The notes under the pieces are model-generated. The model saw only the letters and a program-made list of their open reading frames with translations, made no database searches and was not told the DNA's origin. From the IMG/VR virus record IMGVR_UViG_2791355104_000001: 64,000 nucleotides of DNA. One strand, written 5' to 3'. Source of the DNA: a virus (taxonomy: Duplodnaviria > Caudoviricetes). Within the stretch, counting starts at the first letter, position 1. Each line of letters opens with the position of its first letter. Of this stretch, positions 1 to 7,535 are shown in pieces. A program made the translations under genes and the position numbers.

Positions 1-490
1 CTTGCAGCAGAGTAGTCGCCCGTGTTGCTTGCAGCAGAGTAGTTGCCCGTGTTGCTTGCAGCAGAGTAGTCGCCCGTGTTGCTTGCAGCAGAGTAGTTGC
101 CCGTGTTGCTTGCAGCAGAGCGGTAGCCCGTGTTGCTTGCAGCAGAGTAGTCGCCCGTGTTGCTTGCAGCAGAGCGGTAGCCCGTGTTGCTTGCAGCAGA
201 GTAGTCGCCCGTGTTGCTTGCAGCAGAGCAGTTGCCCGTGTTGCTTGCAGCAGAGCGGTAGCCCGTGTTGCTTGCAGCAGAGTAGTTGCCCGTGTTGCTT
301 GCAGCAGAGTAGTTGCCCGTGTTGCTTGCAGCAGAGTAGTCGCCCGTGTTGCTTGCAGCAGAGTAGTCGCCCGTGTTGCTTGCAGCAGAGTAGTCGCCCG
401 TGTTGCTTGCAGCAGAGTAGTTGCCCGTGTTGCTTGCAGCAGAGCAGTTGCCCGTGTTGCTTGCAGCAGAGCGGTAGCCCGTGTTGCTTG
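1..490. repeat. 27-bp tandem repeat, ~18 copies, coding on the minus strand for ASNTG-xx-SA
   Basis: Unit CTTGCAGCAGAG(T/C)(A/G)GT(C/T/A)GCCCGTGTTG repeats head-to-tail with no spacers; continues off the left edge. Confidence 0.98.
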
Positions 491-851
491 CATGGCTCCT
501 ATCTTCGGTAGAATGCTTTTCGCCCTGCGTGGCTTTAGAAATGATCCACTCAACGCCTTTTTTCACAACTTCTGGAATGGAAATTTCCGCTTTAATTGTT
601 ATTTCAGCGCTGGCAATTTTTGTGTCATCACCATCCCTGTCGATATGGCCCGCGACTTCAACAGTGTGAAAAACGCTTTCAGCAGGGCCGTAGTAGCCGA
701 AAATATCCAAAGGGTTTTCACAGCTATGGAAACCTCCTTTAGCACAGCGAACAACTTCACCTTCGTGCTTATAGGTTTTGCCCACTTCGTACTGAAAACC
801 TCTGCATGTCAGGTCTTTATTGAATCCCTTGTAAGCTATTAACTTTTCCAT
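3..851 (-). CDS. Phage repeat protein (DUF7666-like N-domain plus 9-aa ASNTGxxSA repeats), 3' partial; absent from ORF track
   Basis: ATG at 851 overlaps upstream stop (TAATG). Translates MEKLIAYKGFNKDLTCRGFQYEVGKTYKHEGEVVRCAKGGFHSCENPLDIFGYY... then ASNTGYRSA/ASNTGNCSA/ASNTGNYSA/ASNTGDYSA with no stop to the window edge. Confidence 0.9.
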   Translation of the reverse strand, partial: MEKLIAYKGFNKDLTCRGFQYEVGKTYKHEGEVVRCAKGGFHSCENPLDIFGYYGPAESVFHTVEVAGHIDRDGDDTKIASAEITIKAEISIPEVVKKGVEWIISKATQGEKHSTEDRSHASNTGYRSAASNTGNCSAASNTGNYSAASNTGDYSAASNTGDYSAASNTGDYSAASNTGNYSAASNTGNYSAASNTGYRSAASNTGNCSAASNTGDYSAASNTGYRSAASNTGDYSAASNTGYRSAASNTGNYSAASNTGDYSAASNTGNYSAASNTGDYSAA

Positions 852-1231
852 TACGCCACTCTCTCCAAATTAAGTTCAAACCCATCAGGCAAACGGTGCC
901 ACTTGTTCAACTGCTCGATGATGATGTTCGCTGCATGACGTATCGTGATGCGCGCATAAGCACTCACAGCCTCGTCAGCGTCTTTATCTTCGAGTAGCTG
1001 ACAGATAGTGTCGTATTCGTCTGACTGCGCTAAATCGCCGCGTACGTCGTCATGCCAATTGATTGAAACGTTAGTTTCAGCATCGCTCCACGTTAGCGTC
1101 TCGCCGTTGCGCAGCTGACCGATTAGGAACGGCACATAGCCGCGCAGCATCTCGAAGCCGTACTCGACAGGCTCAACTAAACGTGCCGCTTCTTCGGCTA
1201 TTTCGTTGCTTATGGGGCAGGGTAAAGGCAT
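851..1231 (-). CDS. Hypothetical phage early-left protein
   Basis: ATG 1231 (MPLPCP...) with AAGGAG RBS; stop coupled to the next gene. Confidence 0.8.
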   Translation of the reverse strand: MPLPCPISNEIAEEAARLVEPVEYGFEMLRGYVPFLIGQLRNGETLTWSDAETNVSINWHDDVRGDLAQSDEYDTICQLLEDKDADEAVSAYARITIRHAANIIIEQLNKWHRLPDGFELNLERVA

Positions 1232-1363
1232 GTCGTTTCTCCTTGTTCGCAACTCGCTGTTGCAATGGCGCAATCAAAGTAGTAATTTCGGGTGAGATTT
1301 GTCGCTACTAACTAACAATCTGTACCACAACTAAAAATACAACTGATTACAACTAATGTATGT

Positions 1364-1392
1364 AATTTAGGTACAAATTAACTTGTTGTCAA
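1364..1392 (-). promoter_or_regulatory. Leftward early promoter (PL-like)
   Basis: Minus strand TTGACA (1392-1387), 17 nt, TAAATT (1369-1364); ACAACT motifs at 1327, 1339 and 1349 also occur in the cI-cro interval. Confidence 0.7.
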
Positions 1393-1466
1393 GAGATTGT
1401 TTGGTATAATTGATGGTGAAAATTTACTAAAAGATTATTTTTCTTTGCCGATAAAGAATATGCAGG

Positions 1467-1489
1467 TGTTATACTGTTTTTTTATACAG
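1467..1489 (+). promoter_or_regulatory. LexA (SOS) box overlapping an extended -10 promoter
   Basis: CTGT-TTTTTTAT-ACAG at 1474-1489 matches gammaproteobacterial CTGT-N8-ACAG; overlaps TGt-TATACT at 1467-1475. Confidence 0.8.
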
Positions 1490-1513
1490 CTCATATTCAA
1501 GGATTAATAAAGC

Positions 1514-1693
1514 ATGAAAAAATCTAGTAAATTGGCTTTTGTTTTGGCGGCTTGTCTAGGTGTAGCTGGTGCGGCTTACGCATCAGATGACAAGGAAGAT
1601 AACGGCTCAGACCTAGCTTGTAAGTTATTCCCCATGTTGTGCGGTGTTAGCACTCAAGGTGGTAATGGCGGAGGTGTTGAGCCCCCAAAGTAA
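1514..1693 (+). CDS. 59-aa predicted secreted peptide (signal peptide + Cys-x6-Cys loop + GGNGGGVEPPK tail); absent from ORF track
   Basis: MKKSSKLAFVLAACLGVAGAAYA/SDDKEDNGSDLACKLFPMLCGVSTQGGNGGGVEPPK; GGA upstream; basic-hydrophobic-AYA signal pattern. Confidence 0.85.
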   Translation: MKKSSKLAFVLAACLGVAGAAYASDDKEDNGSDLACKLFPMLCGVSTQGGNGGGVEPPK

Positions 1694-1708
1694 ATTAACG
1701 GAATGTAG

Positions 1709-2242
1709 ATGTTTGGACTTTCAGAACAATCAATACTGGATATAAAATACTTTATTGAAGATTATTCGCTGGCGCTGATGGCGCTGGCGTTTATCTCTTA
1801 CACAGTATCAGTGGGGAAGGTGACGGCTTTTAATTTGACGTTGTTTTTTGCGGTGGTACTGCATTTACTTCACCAATATATTGCGAGAACTCTTCTTCCG
1901 CTTTATGACGAGGTTGATTTCAAGCAGTTCCTTTATTATTTCTGGTATCTTTCTTTCGCAGTTACAGACGTCGTATTTGTGCTCGCAAGCTTGGCATGTA
2001 TCCGGAAATTTAAGTTGCTGCGAGACAGGGTGAGTAACTTCCTGCTCATTTGTTACTTGGGTATGGCTGCGATACAAGTCCTAAGACTTATCGATCGGGA
2101 GCTTGACATAGACGCTCTCGGAGCTGTATATAGTAACAGTATTATCCTCACTAACATTGTGGTCACCATTGCTGTAATATTGATGGCAGTGCGTGTGCTG
2201 TTGGTTAGAAGTGGCCGCGTTCTCATACCAGCGAAGGAGTAG
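1709..2242 (+). CDS. Polytopic inner-membrane protein (about 5-6 TM), unknown function
   Basis: 177 aa with several long hydrophobic segments; starts 15 nt after the peptide gene. Confidence 0.85.
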   Translation: MFGLSEQSILDIKYFIEDYSLALMALAFISYTVSVGKVTAFNLTLFFAVVLHLLHQYIARTLLPLYDEVDFKQFLYYFWYLSFAVTDVVFVLASLACIRKFKLLRDRVSNFLLICYLGMAAIQVLRLIDRELDIDALGAVYSNSIILTNIVVTIAVILMAVRVLLVRSGRVLIPAKE

Positions 2243-2248
2243 GTATTG

Positions 2249-2545
2249 ATGTTAACGATTTTTGAAGTTCTGACATTAACTGCTGCATTTATTGTATTTG
2301 GCTGGGTGATCATCGCTCACTGCAGAATAGAGAATGTAGAGGTAGAAAAAGAAATTCCTGATAATGTCATACCGTTTGGTATCGGCAAGACAAAGCGTCT
2401 GGAAGAAAACCTTCACCTGTTCTTGCAGGCCGATCAAGCTCTTGCAGATGAACAGCATGAGCGCTATATGGCTTTGTACATGCAGGCCACGAGTTCCGCA
2501 AAAGAGCTGCTGAGAGACAGGGTGGTTGAGAGAAAAACTGGATAA
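2249..2545 (+). CDS. Membrane-anchored protein (N-terminal TM, soluble helical tail)
   Basis: MLTIFEVLTLTAAFIVFGWVIIAH hydrophobic N-terminus; 6 nt after the previous gene. Confidence 0.75.
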   Translation: MLTIFEVLTLTAAFIVFGWVIIAHCRIENVEVEKEIPDNVIPFGIGKTKRLEENLHLFLQADQALADEQHERYMALYMQATSSAKELLRDRVVERKTG

Positions 2546-2576
2546 AGCTGCCGAGACATTCCGCCACAAACACAAA

Positions 2577-2600
2577 AACCGCCTACTGGCGGTTAGTTTT
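2577..2600. terminator. Intrinsic terminator between convergent operons
   Basis: AACCGCC-TACT-GGCGGTT stem with A-run before and T-rich tract after. Confidence 0.7.
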
Positions 2601-2605
2601 GGGAG

Positions 2606-3076
2606 CTAGCTACTCTTCTGAATTTGTGCGGCGGTGCATTCCTTCAAAAGATCATTAAAAGAGTTAGGGATCTCTCCGCTAGCTACTTTCTTCTTAAACA
2701 CTGTATATACATCAGTTTTAGCGTTATGCTTTCTAAGAGTGCTGTGATCATTTAGCCATGCTAATAATATCGCGCCCTCTCCAGAGTTGTACTGGAAAAA
2801 TAATCGAAATCGATACGGCATGCCTTTTTTCACTCGGCGCCAATGCTTCATGTTCCTTTCGCGAAATGTATCGCCCAGGTTAAATTGCTTATGAGCTGGA
2901 TCGGGAGCGACACGATGAAATATGCAATTATTCACTGACTCGTAAAGCTTAAAGGTGGGATGTTGATCAAAGTGGTCTGGATCTTTTTCTGATAGTTTTA
3001 CAACTTCAGACAGTAAGTTGGAATAAATGATTTGGAAGGCTTTGTGCCAGTAAAATGTCCATCCGTGAACTTTCAT
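2606..3076 (-). CDS. yhaV: YhaV-family type II toxin (RelE-superfamily RNase)
   Basis: HGWTFYWH N-terminus, WRRVKKG..YRFRLFFQY and AWLNDHSTLRK..AKTDVY motifs. Confidence 0.85.
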   Translation of the reverse strand: MKVHGWTFYWHKAFQIIYSNLLSEVVKLSEKDPDHFDQHPTFKLYESVNNCIFHRVAPDPAHKQFNLGDTFRERNMKHWRRVKKGMPYRFRLFFQYNSGEGAILLAWLNDHSTLRKHNAKTDVYTVFKKKVASGEIPNSFNDLLKECTAAQIQKSS

Positions 3077-3081
3077 ATTAA

Positions 3082-3273
3082 CTAACCTTCCAATAGTTCT
3101 CTTTTTTCTCTCGCAGCCTGAGCCCTTGCCTCTATGAGAGATATAGTATCAAAAATACTATCAGGTATGGGCTCGATATTTACACCGTTCTCAATGTCAC
3201 TTGCGATAGCCTTAAGAAGCCGCTCTTCACTATCCCGCTCCGACATCATTTCCTTGAAATTCAAAATATTCAT
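3082..3273 (-). CDS. Putative antitoxin of the YhaV toxin (PrlF C-terminal-like, no AbrB domain)
   Basis: Small acidic ORF directly upstream of toxin, AAGGAGG RBS, LLKAIASDI helix. Confidence 0.65.
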   Translation of the reverse strand: MNILNFKEMMSERDSEERLLKAIASDIENGVNIEPIPDSIFDTISLIEARAQAAREKRELLEG

Positions 3274-3305
3274 GGATGCCTCCTTGGTTTGAAACGAGGT
3301 CGCGA

Positions 3306-3333
3306 ATTATACGCGCCTACACAAACTGTGCAA
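3306..3333 (-). promoter_or_regulatory. Sigma70 promoter of the TA moron
   Basis: Minus strand TTGCAC-16-TATAAT. Confidence 0.7.
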
Positions 3334-3441
3334 TACTTAGTATGCATTCATTGTGAAAAAGTTCAAGTTATATTGCTTCACTGTGTATACTTAGAGGGGT
3401 AGTGGCAAAAAACTTAAGAAGCGACACGATGATGTATTTAG

Positions 3442-3651
3442 ATGGCTGGTATGACTTATAGCAAGCAATTGTTCAAAGGGCTAAAGATGAAAACGAATGA
3501 AGAGAACTTACTTGCCAAAGAGGATGCGAACCTTGAGGTTGCGCCGGATAGAGTGGAGCCAAAATTTAAAGCGACCCGAGCTAACTTGGAAAGAATTGCG
3601 CGATTAAATAATGCCAACACGGAAACCGGCTCGGATTTTGTCGAAGTTTAA
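3442..3651 (+). CDS. Small hypothetical protein (start uncertain)
   Basis: 69-aa ORF followed by a hairpin; no recognisable motif. Confidence 0.4.
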   Translation: MAGMTYSKQLFKGLKMKTNEENLLAKEDANLEVAPDRVEPKFKATRANLERIARLNNANTETGSDFVEV

Positions 3652-3679
3652 TCTGCTTCGGCATTAGCAGAAGGCAATC

Positions 3680-4126
3680 TTATGCCTTCTTTAGGTTGTT
3701 GATTGACAATGATGCAGTTACGTAGTCACCGGTAAGCTTTCCTTTAATCGAAATTTCAAAAGCTCTCCTAAGTAAATCAAAATCGACGTTTTCATAACCC
3801 TTGCCGTTTTGAATTCTGATTGACTTATAGCTCTTGATTGCCTGATCCAGCGCCTCTGTGGCCGCATGAACGTAAAATTCCGGATCAGTTAGCTGCTCAC
3901 CTTCCTCAACTTTCCTTTCCCCTTTTAAAAGCCAAGCTCTACTTACGCCTAGTGCTTCGCATATAGGGTCAAAGTACTTACTTGTCCTTGTAACATTAGC
4001 TTCCATTCTGGCTATGTTTTGCTGCGACGTTCCCACCGCTGCGGCGAGATCATCCTGCGACCAGCCTTTCGCATTCCTTGCTTCAGTAATTCTGCTTCCG
4101 ATTGTAGACAAGATAAATAATCTCAT
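3680..4126 (-). CDS. cI: CI-like XRE repressor lacking an S24 autocleavage domain
   Basis: IGSRITEARNAKGWSQDDLAAAVGTSQQNIARMEAN HTH; divergent from cro; 148 aa from ATG 4126; helical C-terminus with no peptidase motifs. Confidence 0.85.
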   Translation of the reverse strand: MRLFILSTIGSRITEARNAKGWSQDDLAAAVGTSQQNIARMEANVTRTSKYFDPICEALGVSRAWLLKGERKVEEGEQLTDPEFYVHAATEALDQAIKSYKSIRIQNGKGYENVDFDLLRRAFEISIKGKLTGDYVTASLSINNLKKA

Positions 4127-4177
4127 TGTTTCTTTTCCGTGAAATATACAAATTCGCTTGTAGTTTAACAAACAAAC

Positions 4178-4220
4178 TTGCTTGTTGTCGAGAAAACAAC
4201 TAAAGTATGTAAAAACAACT
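4178..4220 (+). promoter_or_regulatory. PR-like promoter and operator
   Basis: TTGCTT-17-TAAAGT (4178-4206); 17-bp inverted repeat GTTGT-N7-ACAAC at 4184-4200; ACAACT at 4196 and 4215. Confidence 0.65.
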
Positions 4221-4237
4221 ACGGCAATTGTGTAGAA

Positions 4238-4525
4238 ATGGATGAGATGACCGCGCTAAAAAAGGCGATTGAGATAATTTCAGGCGGGAGCCAGAAGAGG
4301 TTCGCTGAACTTGTGACTGAGCAGGTCGAGTTATCGAATTCCTGCGCTTTATCTTTGAGCCGGAAAATACCTTCTTTGAGCCAGCAACTTGTGAACTACT
4401 GGATCAAGAATGACAAACCTTGCTCACCTCACTATGCGCCAATCATATCAAACCTGACTAAAGGCGAAGTCAAGATGCACGAACTGCGCCCAGACGTTTA
4501 TCCGGTAGAGGACAAAGCGGCGTGA
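4238..4525 (+). CDS. cro: Cro/YdaS-like repressor
   Basis: ALKKAIEI..GSQKRFAEL...SQQLVNYW...GEVKMHELRPDVY pattern. Confidence 0.8.
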   Translation: MDEMTALKKAIEIISGGSQKRFAELVTEQVELSNSCALSLSRKIPSLSQQLVNYWIKNDKPCSPHYAPIISNLTKGEVKMHELRPDVYPVEDKAA

Positions 4526-4977
4526 GCAATGGCGGCTACACATCATATATCGAAGGGTTGACCGTGAAGCAACCTGATCAATACGGCCTTTACGCACTAT
4601 TACCAAAGAATGAAAAGGGCAAGGAAAGTATGAGTAACGGCGACGCAGCTACCCACACACTAAAACTCGAAGTTGAGAATGCCGAGCAAATTGCGGCGCA
4701 GTTGGAGCAACTTACTGAGTCAGAACTTCTTAAAAGCCTTTCCGAGGGATCGCGAAATTTCCTTCTTCATAGCCTCGATAGAGGCCTTCTGGACTTCGCT
4801 GTGTCTACCGATAGCTCCGCACCGGGAGCAGGTGATCTTGTCATGCGGTTTGGGATTGTCCGGCTGCTCGAACTTTTGGCTACCGCACTTGGCACATTTG
4901 AGAGTGAGTTCAATGCTGGGCATAACGATTCCTTGTCTATTGATTCCAAATCTAACCATACCAGAGGTACTGAGTAA
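4522..4977 (+). CDS. Hypothetical early protein (start 4522 or 4630), overlapped by an antisense gene
   Basis: GTGA coupling to cro stop and TAATG coupling to next gene. Confidence 0.55.
   Translation: MSNGGYTSYIEGLTVKQPDQYGLYALLPKNEKGKESMSNGDAATHTLKLEVENAEQIAAQLEQLTESELLKSLSEGSRNFLLHSLDRGLLDFAVSTDSSAPGAGDLVMRFGIVRLLELLATALGTFESEFNAGHNDSLSIDSKSNHTRGTE
4720..4923 (-). CDS. Small zinc-ribbon protein, antisense and nested
   Basis: MPSIELTLKCAKCGS...ITCSRCGA (two CxxC); AAGGA RBS before ATG 4923; resembles the ECs_2282-type phage family as recalled. Confidence 0.7.
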   Translation of the reverse strand: MPSIELTLKCAKCGSQKFEQPDNPKPHDKITCSRCGAIGRHSEVQKASIEAMKKEISRSLGKAFKKF

Positions 4978-5324
4978 TGAGCAAGATTAACCAACTGAAG
5001 TTAGCGCTTGAAGTGCTGGATTTATTAGAAGAGTACCATGACATCACAGTAAAAATTCAGGACTTCCAAGATGCGCATTTTAGACCAGTAGAAGATGTAT
5101 GGGCTGGCACATTGCATCTTTCTCTGAGTGGAATCTTGGTGGCAAGCCCTGAGGTATTCGCAGACTTCCTTTCCAAGATTAATGCTTCAAAGGAAATCAA
5201 AGCCCTCATCACTGACAAAAATGGCTACCCAGTAGACAAAACTGTCATTGAGCAAGCTATTCAGAATGAACGGATAGACGCGATTGAAAAGCGTCTGGAC
5301 AAGAAAGAGTACCGCTATGTGTAA
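4977..5324 (+). CDS. Hypothetical phage protein
   Basis: 115-aa coupled ORF. Confidence 0.75.
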   Translation: MSKINQLKLALEVLDLLEEYHDITVKIQDFQDAHFRPVEDVWAGTLHLSLSGILVASPEVFADFLSKINASKEIKALITDKNGYPVDKTVIEQAIQNERIDAIEKRLDKKEYRYV

Positions 5325-5411
5325 GCCAGCAGGAGAAATCCGCATGAGCAAGGTAATCCCACTACCACGCAAAGAGCGTGATGACGAACAGCAAGATGAT
5401 AAGGAAGCAGC

Positions 5412-5849
5412 ATGAGTGACTTACAGCAAGAAGTAGCAAAGCTAATTGAAAAGGCAAATAACGGCATTGATTCAGCCGGTAGTTTTCTGCAAGCGGAATT
5501 GCCGGAGTATATCAACCAGCTGCTTCTGTGGCACTCAATTCACAGCTTAGTCTTGGCAGTTATTGGAATGGCTTTAATGGCTTCGCCGATACTCATTTTA
5601 AGAAAAACGCGCTCACTAATGCCCAAGCCTCCACAGAATAGAGAGGAAACGTCTTGGGCTTACGAGTGGTGGTCCTTTGATAAAGCACCAGAGCTGAATC
5701 ATCTTGGGGTAATGGTGTGGATCTCTTCTGGCCTACTGTCCCTCTGCATGCTTTGTGTAGGTGCTGGCCTAATCAATCTTGACTGGCTTCAAATCTGGCT
5801 AGCTCCCAAGGTATGGCTAGTTGAATACGCAGCGAAGCTAACATCATGA
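5412..5849 (+). CDS. Hypothetical phage membrane protein
   Basis: Two hydrophobic segments, LDWLQIWLAPKVWL C-terminus, RBS AAGGA. Confidence 0.75.
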   Translation: MSDLQQEVAKLIEKANNGIDSAGSFLQAELPEYINQLLLWHSIHSLVLAVIGMALMASPILILRKTRSLMPKPPQNREETSWAYEWWSFDKAPELNHLGVMVWISSGLLSLCMLCVGAGLINLDWLQIWLAPKVWLVEYAAKLTS

Positions 5850-6061
5850 GCCGCATCACTCAGCTATTTGACGACATTTACAAAGACTCACAAGAGGTTT
5901 TAACAATGGATAAGCGTGTAACTGACAGAACGTTTAGCAAATGGCTGAAACGGCACTCGCAGAAGATTCAAGTGGCAATGGCAACAGCATTTTGCCTGAT
6001 AACACTACCGTGTTCGATTTGGCTCTATGCGGTTTACACAGTGCCCGGGTTTTATCTGTAA
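5846..6061 (+). CDS. Small protein with C-terminal TM
   Basis: ATGA coupling; hydrophobic C-terminus. Confidence 0.65.
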   Translation: MSRITQLFDDIYKDSQEVLTMDKRVTDRTFSKWLKRHSQKIQVAMATAFCLITLPCSIWLYAVYTVPGFYL

Positions 6062-6189
6062 CCAAGTAAGTTTCGTCGTCGAATGCGGCTGTTTAATCAG
6101 TCATAAGTGCAAACGATGACGTTTATATGGCGCAAGCAGCTTAACTGCCAGCTACGCCCGAGGGGTGTGTCTCCCTTGTAACCGAAAAG

Positions 6190-6390
6190 ACCGTGGTTGC
6201 CCTCCCCACGATTACAAAATGAGGGCGTTTTGGGAAGCCCTTGGGAAACGGAGTCAGTTGAAATACTCCATCAAATACACCTAGATAAATCCGAGATGGC
6301 CTAACAAGGGCTTCACCAAAGCGTTACGCGGGTTGTAGTGCGTTTCTCGATAGGCGCTTTCGGCTAGCCCACGTACGGGCTACCGCAAAC
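6190..6390 (+). ncRNA. Putative structured RNA element in the early right transcript
   Basis: Stem 6225-6243 pairs with 6305-6324 (CGTTTTGG-GAAGCCCTTG / CAAGGGCTTCACCAAAGCG), encloses GGAGT..ACTCC hairpin; AGCCC-ACGTAC-GGGCT hairpin downstream; no ORF. Confidence 0.4.
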
Positions 6391-6472
6391 AAACGCGGGT
6401 ACTACAGATATGAAAAAGCCCCGATCATGGCGCACTAACGCTACGGGGCTCATCAAACAAACAGGAGAGATT

Positions 6473-6661
6473 ATGAGCGATTTAACAAAGTTTGACAACC
6501 CTAAATACACCATAGCGGCCTCTGGTCATCAGATAGCGCTGAGGGTTAACCAGGTCGGCAAGGTCATTACGCTGACAGCTATGGAAGCGGTAGAGCTGAT
6601 TAGCCAGCTTGAAGCGGTTATCACTCAACAAGCAGCTAAAGAGGTTAAGCGTCATGGGTAG
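6473..6661 (+). CDS. Small hypothetical protein
   Basis: ATG 6473 with GGAG RBS; overlaps initiator start. Confidence 0.6.
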   Translation: MSDLTKFDNPKYTIAASGHQIALRVNQVGKVITLTAMEAVELISQLEAVITQQAAKEVKRHG

Positions 6662-7535
6662 TCAGGCGACAGTTCACCAATTACACGAGGGGCAACAGCA
6701 AATGCCCAGCCAGAACGGTTACGTTAACTTATGGCGTGACATCAACAAGCAAAAATGGGCATCTGATGCGCTCCTGTACGGCTTTTTCACCAAGATGCTT
6801 ACCTTGGTTCAGCATAAGCCTTATACGGCCGAATTTAAGGGTATACAGGTTGCGTTGCAGCCTGGTGAATACGCGCTTGATTATGCCGATGCTGCAAATA
6901 TGTTTACCGCTTTCAGAGATAAACGCCATGCTCGCCAGGTAATCGAAAAGTTCGTGAAAATGAACCAAATGTATACTCGCGAAATCATGAATGGTAAGCG
7001 ATTTGTTGGCATTATTTTGGGCTTTTCAGGGTGGAAAAAGTGGCAAAAAGTTGGCACACCAGTTGGCACACCAGTTGGCACACCGAACATCACGGATTTA
7101 GCGGCCTACAAGGATGGTGTTGGCACACCCTCTGGCACACCCGTTGGCACACATATAAACAATAATGATCTTAAACAAGATATATATGCAGGGTCAGAGA
7201 CCCAGCAGAGGCATACAGAGCTTCGCAAGAAAGCCTTTGAACATTTTTGGAAAACCTGGTCAAAGTGCAAAGAAACCGTAGAGCTAAAAAACACAGCACC
7301 AAAAGCCAAAACCTACACAGACAATTTTGTAAAAGCATTTCCAGACAAGTACATCGAACGGGTAGGCAAGAAGGCATTCGTGGAGGAAATCAACAAGCTT
7401 TGTGAGTTTGCTTCCATAGCGCATCAGGACATTGCTGACAAGAAAGGCACTAACGAAGAATCACCATATTTCAATCACTTGAAAATGTATCCGGCTAAGT
7501 TCCTGAGCAACAAGCAGTGGAGGGACGAAGCGTGA
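6654..7535 (+). CDS. Phage replication initiator (O-like)
   Basis: NGYVNLWRDI..W N-terminus, internal iterons, FEHFWKTW and YPAKFL C-domain; directly before DnaB. Confidence 0.85.
   Translation: MGSQATVHQLHEGQQQMPSQNGYVNLWRDINKQKWASDALLYGFFTKMLTLVQHKPYTAEFKGIQVALQPGEYALDYADAANMFTAFRDKRHARQVIEKFVKMNQMYTREIMNGKRFVGIILGFSGWKKWQKVGTPVGTPVGTPNITDLAAYKDGVGTPSGTPVGTHINNNDLKQDIYAGSETQQRHTELRKKAFEHFWKTWSKCKETVELKNTAPKAKTYTDNFVKAFPDKYIERVGKKAFVEEINKLCEFASIAHQDIADKKGTNEESPYFNHLKMYPAKFLSNKQWRDEA
7050..7188. repeat. Replication origin: six 12-bp iterons plus AT-rich tract
   Basis: GTTGGCACACCA-type unit x3 (7050-7085) and x3 (7119-7154), then ATATAAACAATAATGATCTTAAACAAGATATATAT. Confidence 0.8.

Noticed and set aside
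1-490. CRISPR array
   Set aside because: Units are head-to-tail with no unique spacers, length is a multiple of 3, and no cas genes are present
2-511. Cys-rich 'QQSSRPCCL' ORF on the plus strand
   Set aside because: It is the antisense shadow of the repeat; the minus frame has a coupled start and a phage-like globular N-domain
2701-2715. SOS-box-like CTGTATATACATCAG
   Set aside because: CTG-N9-CAG spacing is wrong and it lies inside yhaV
4178-4237. ORF-track extension of cro
   Set aside because: It runs through the PR promoter/operator; ATG 4238 fits the family
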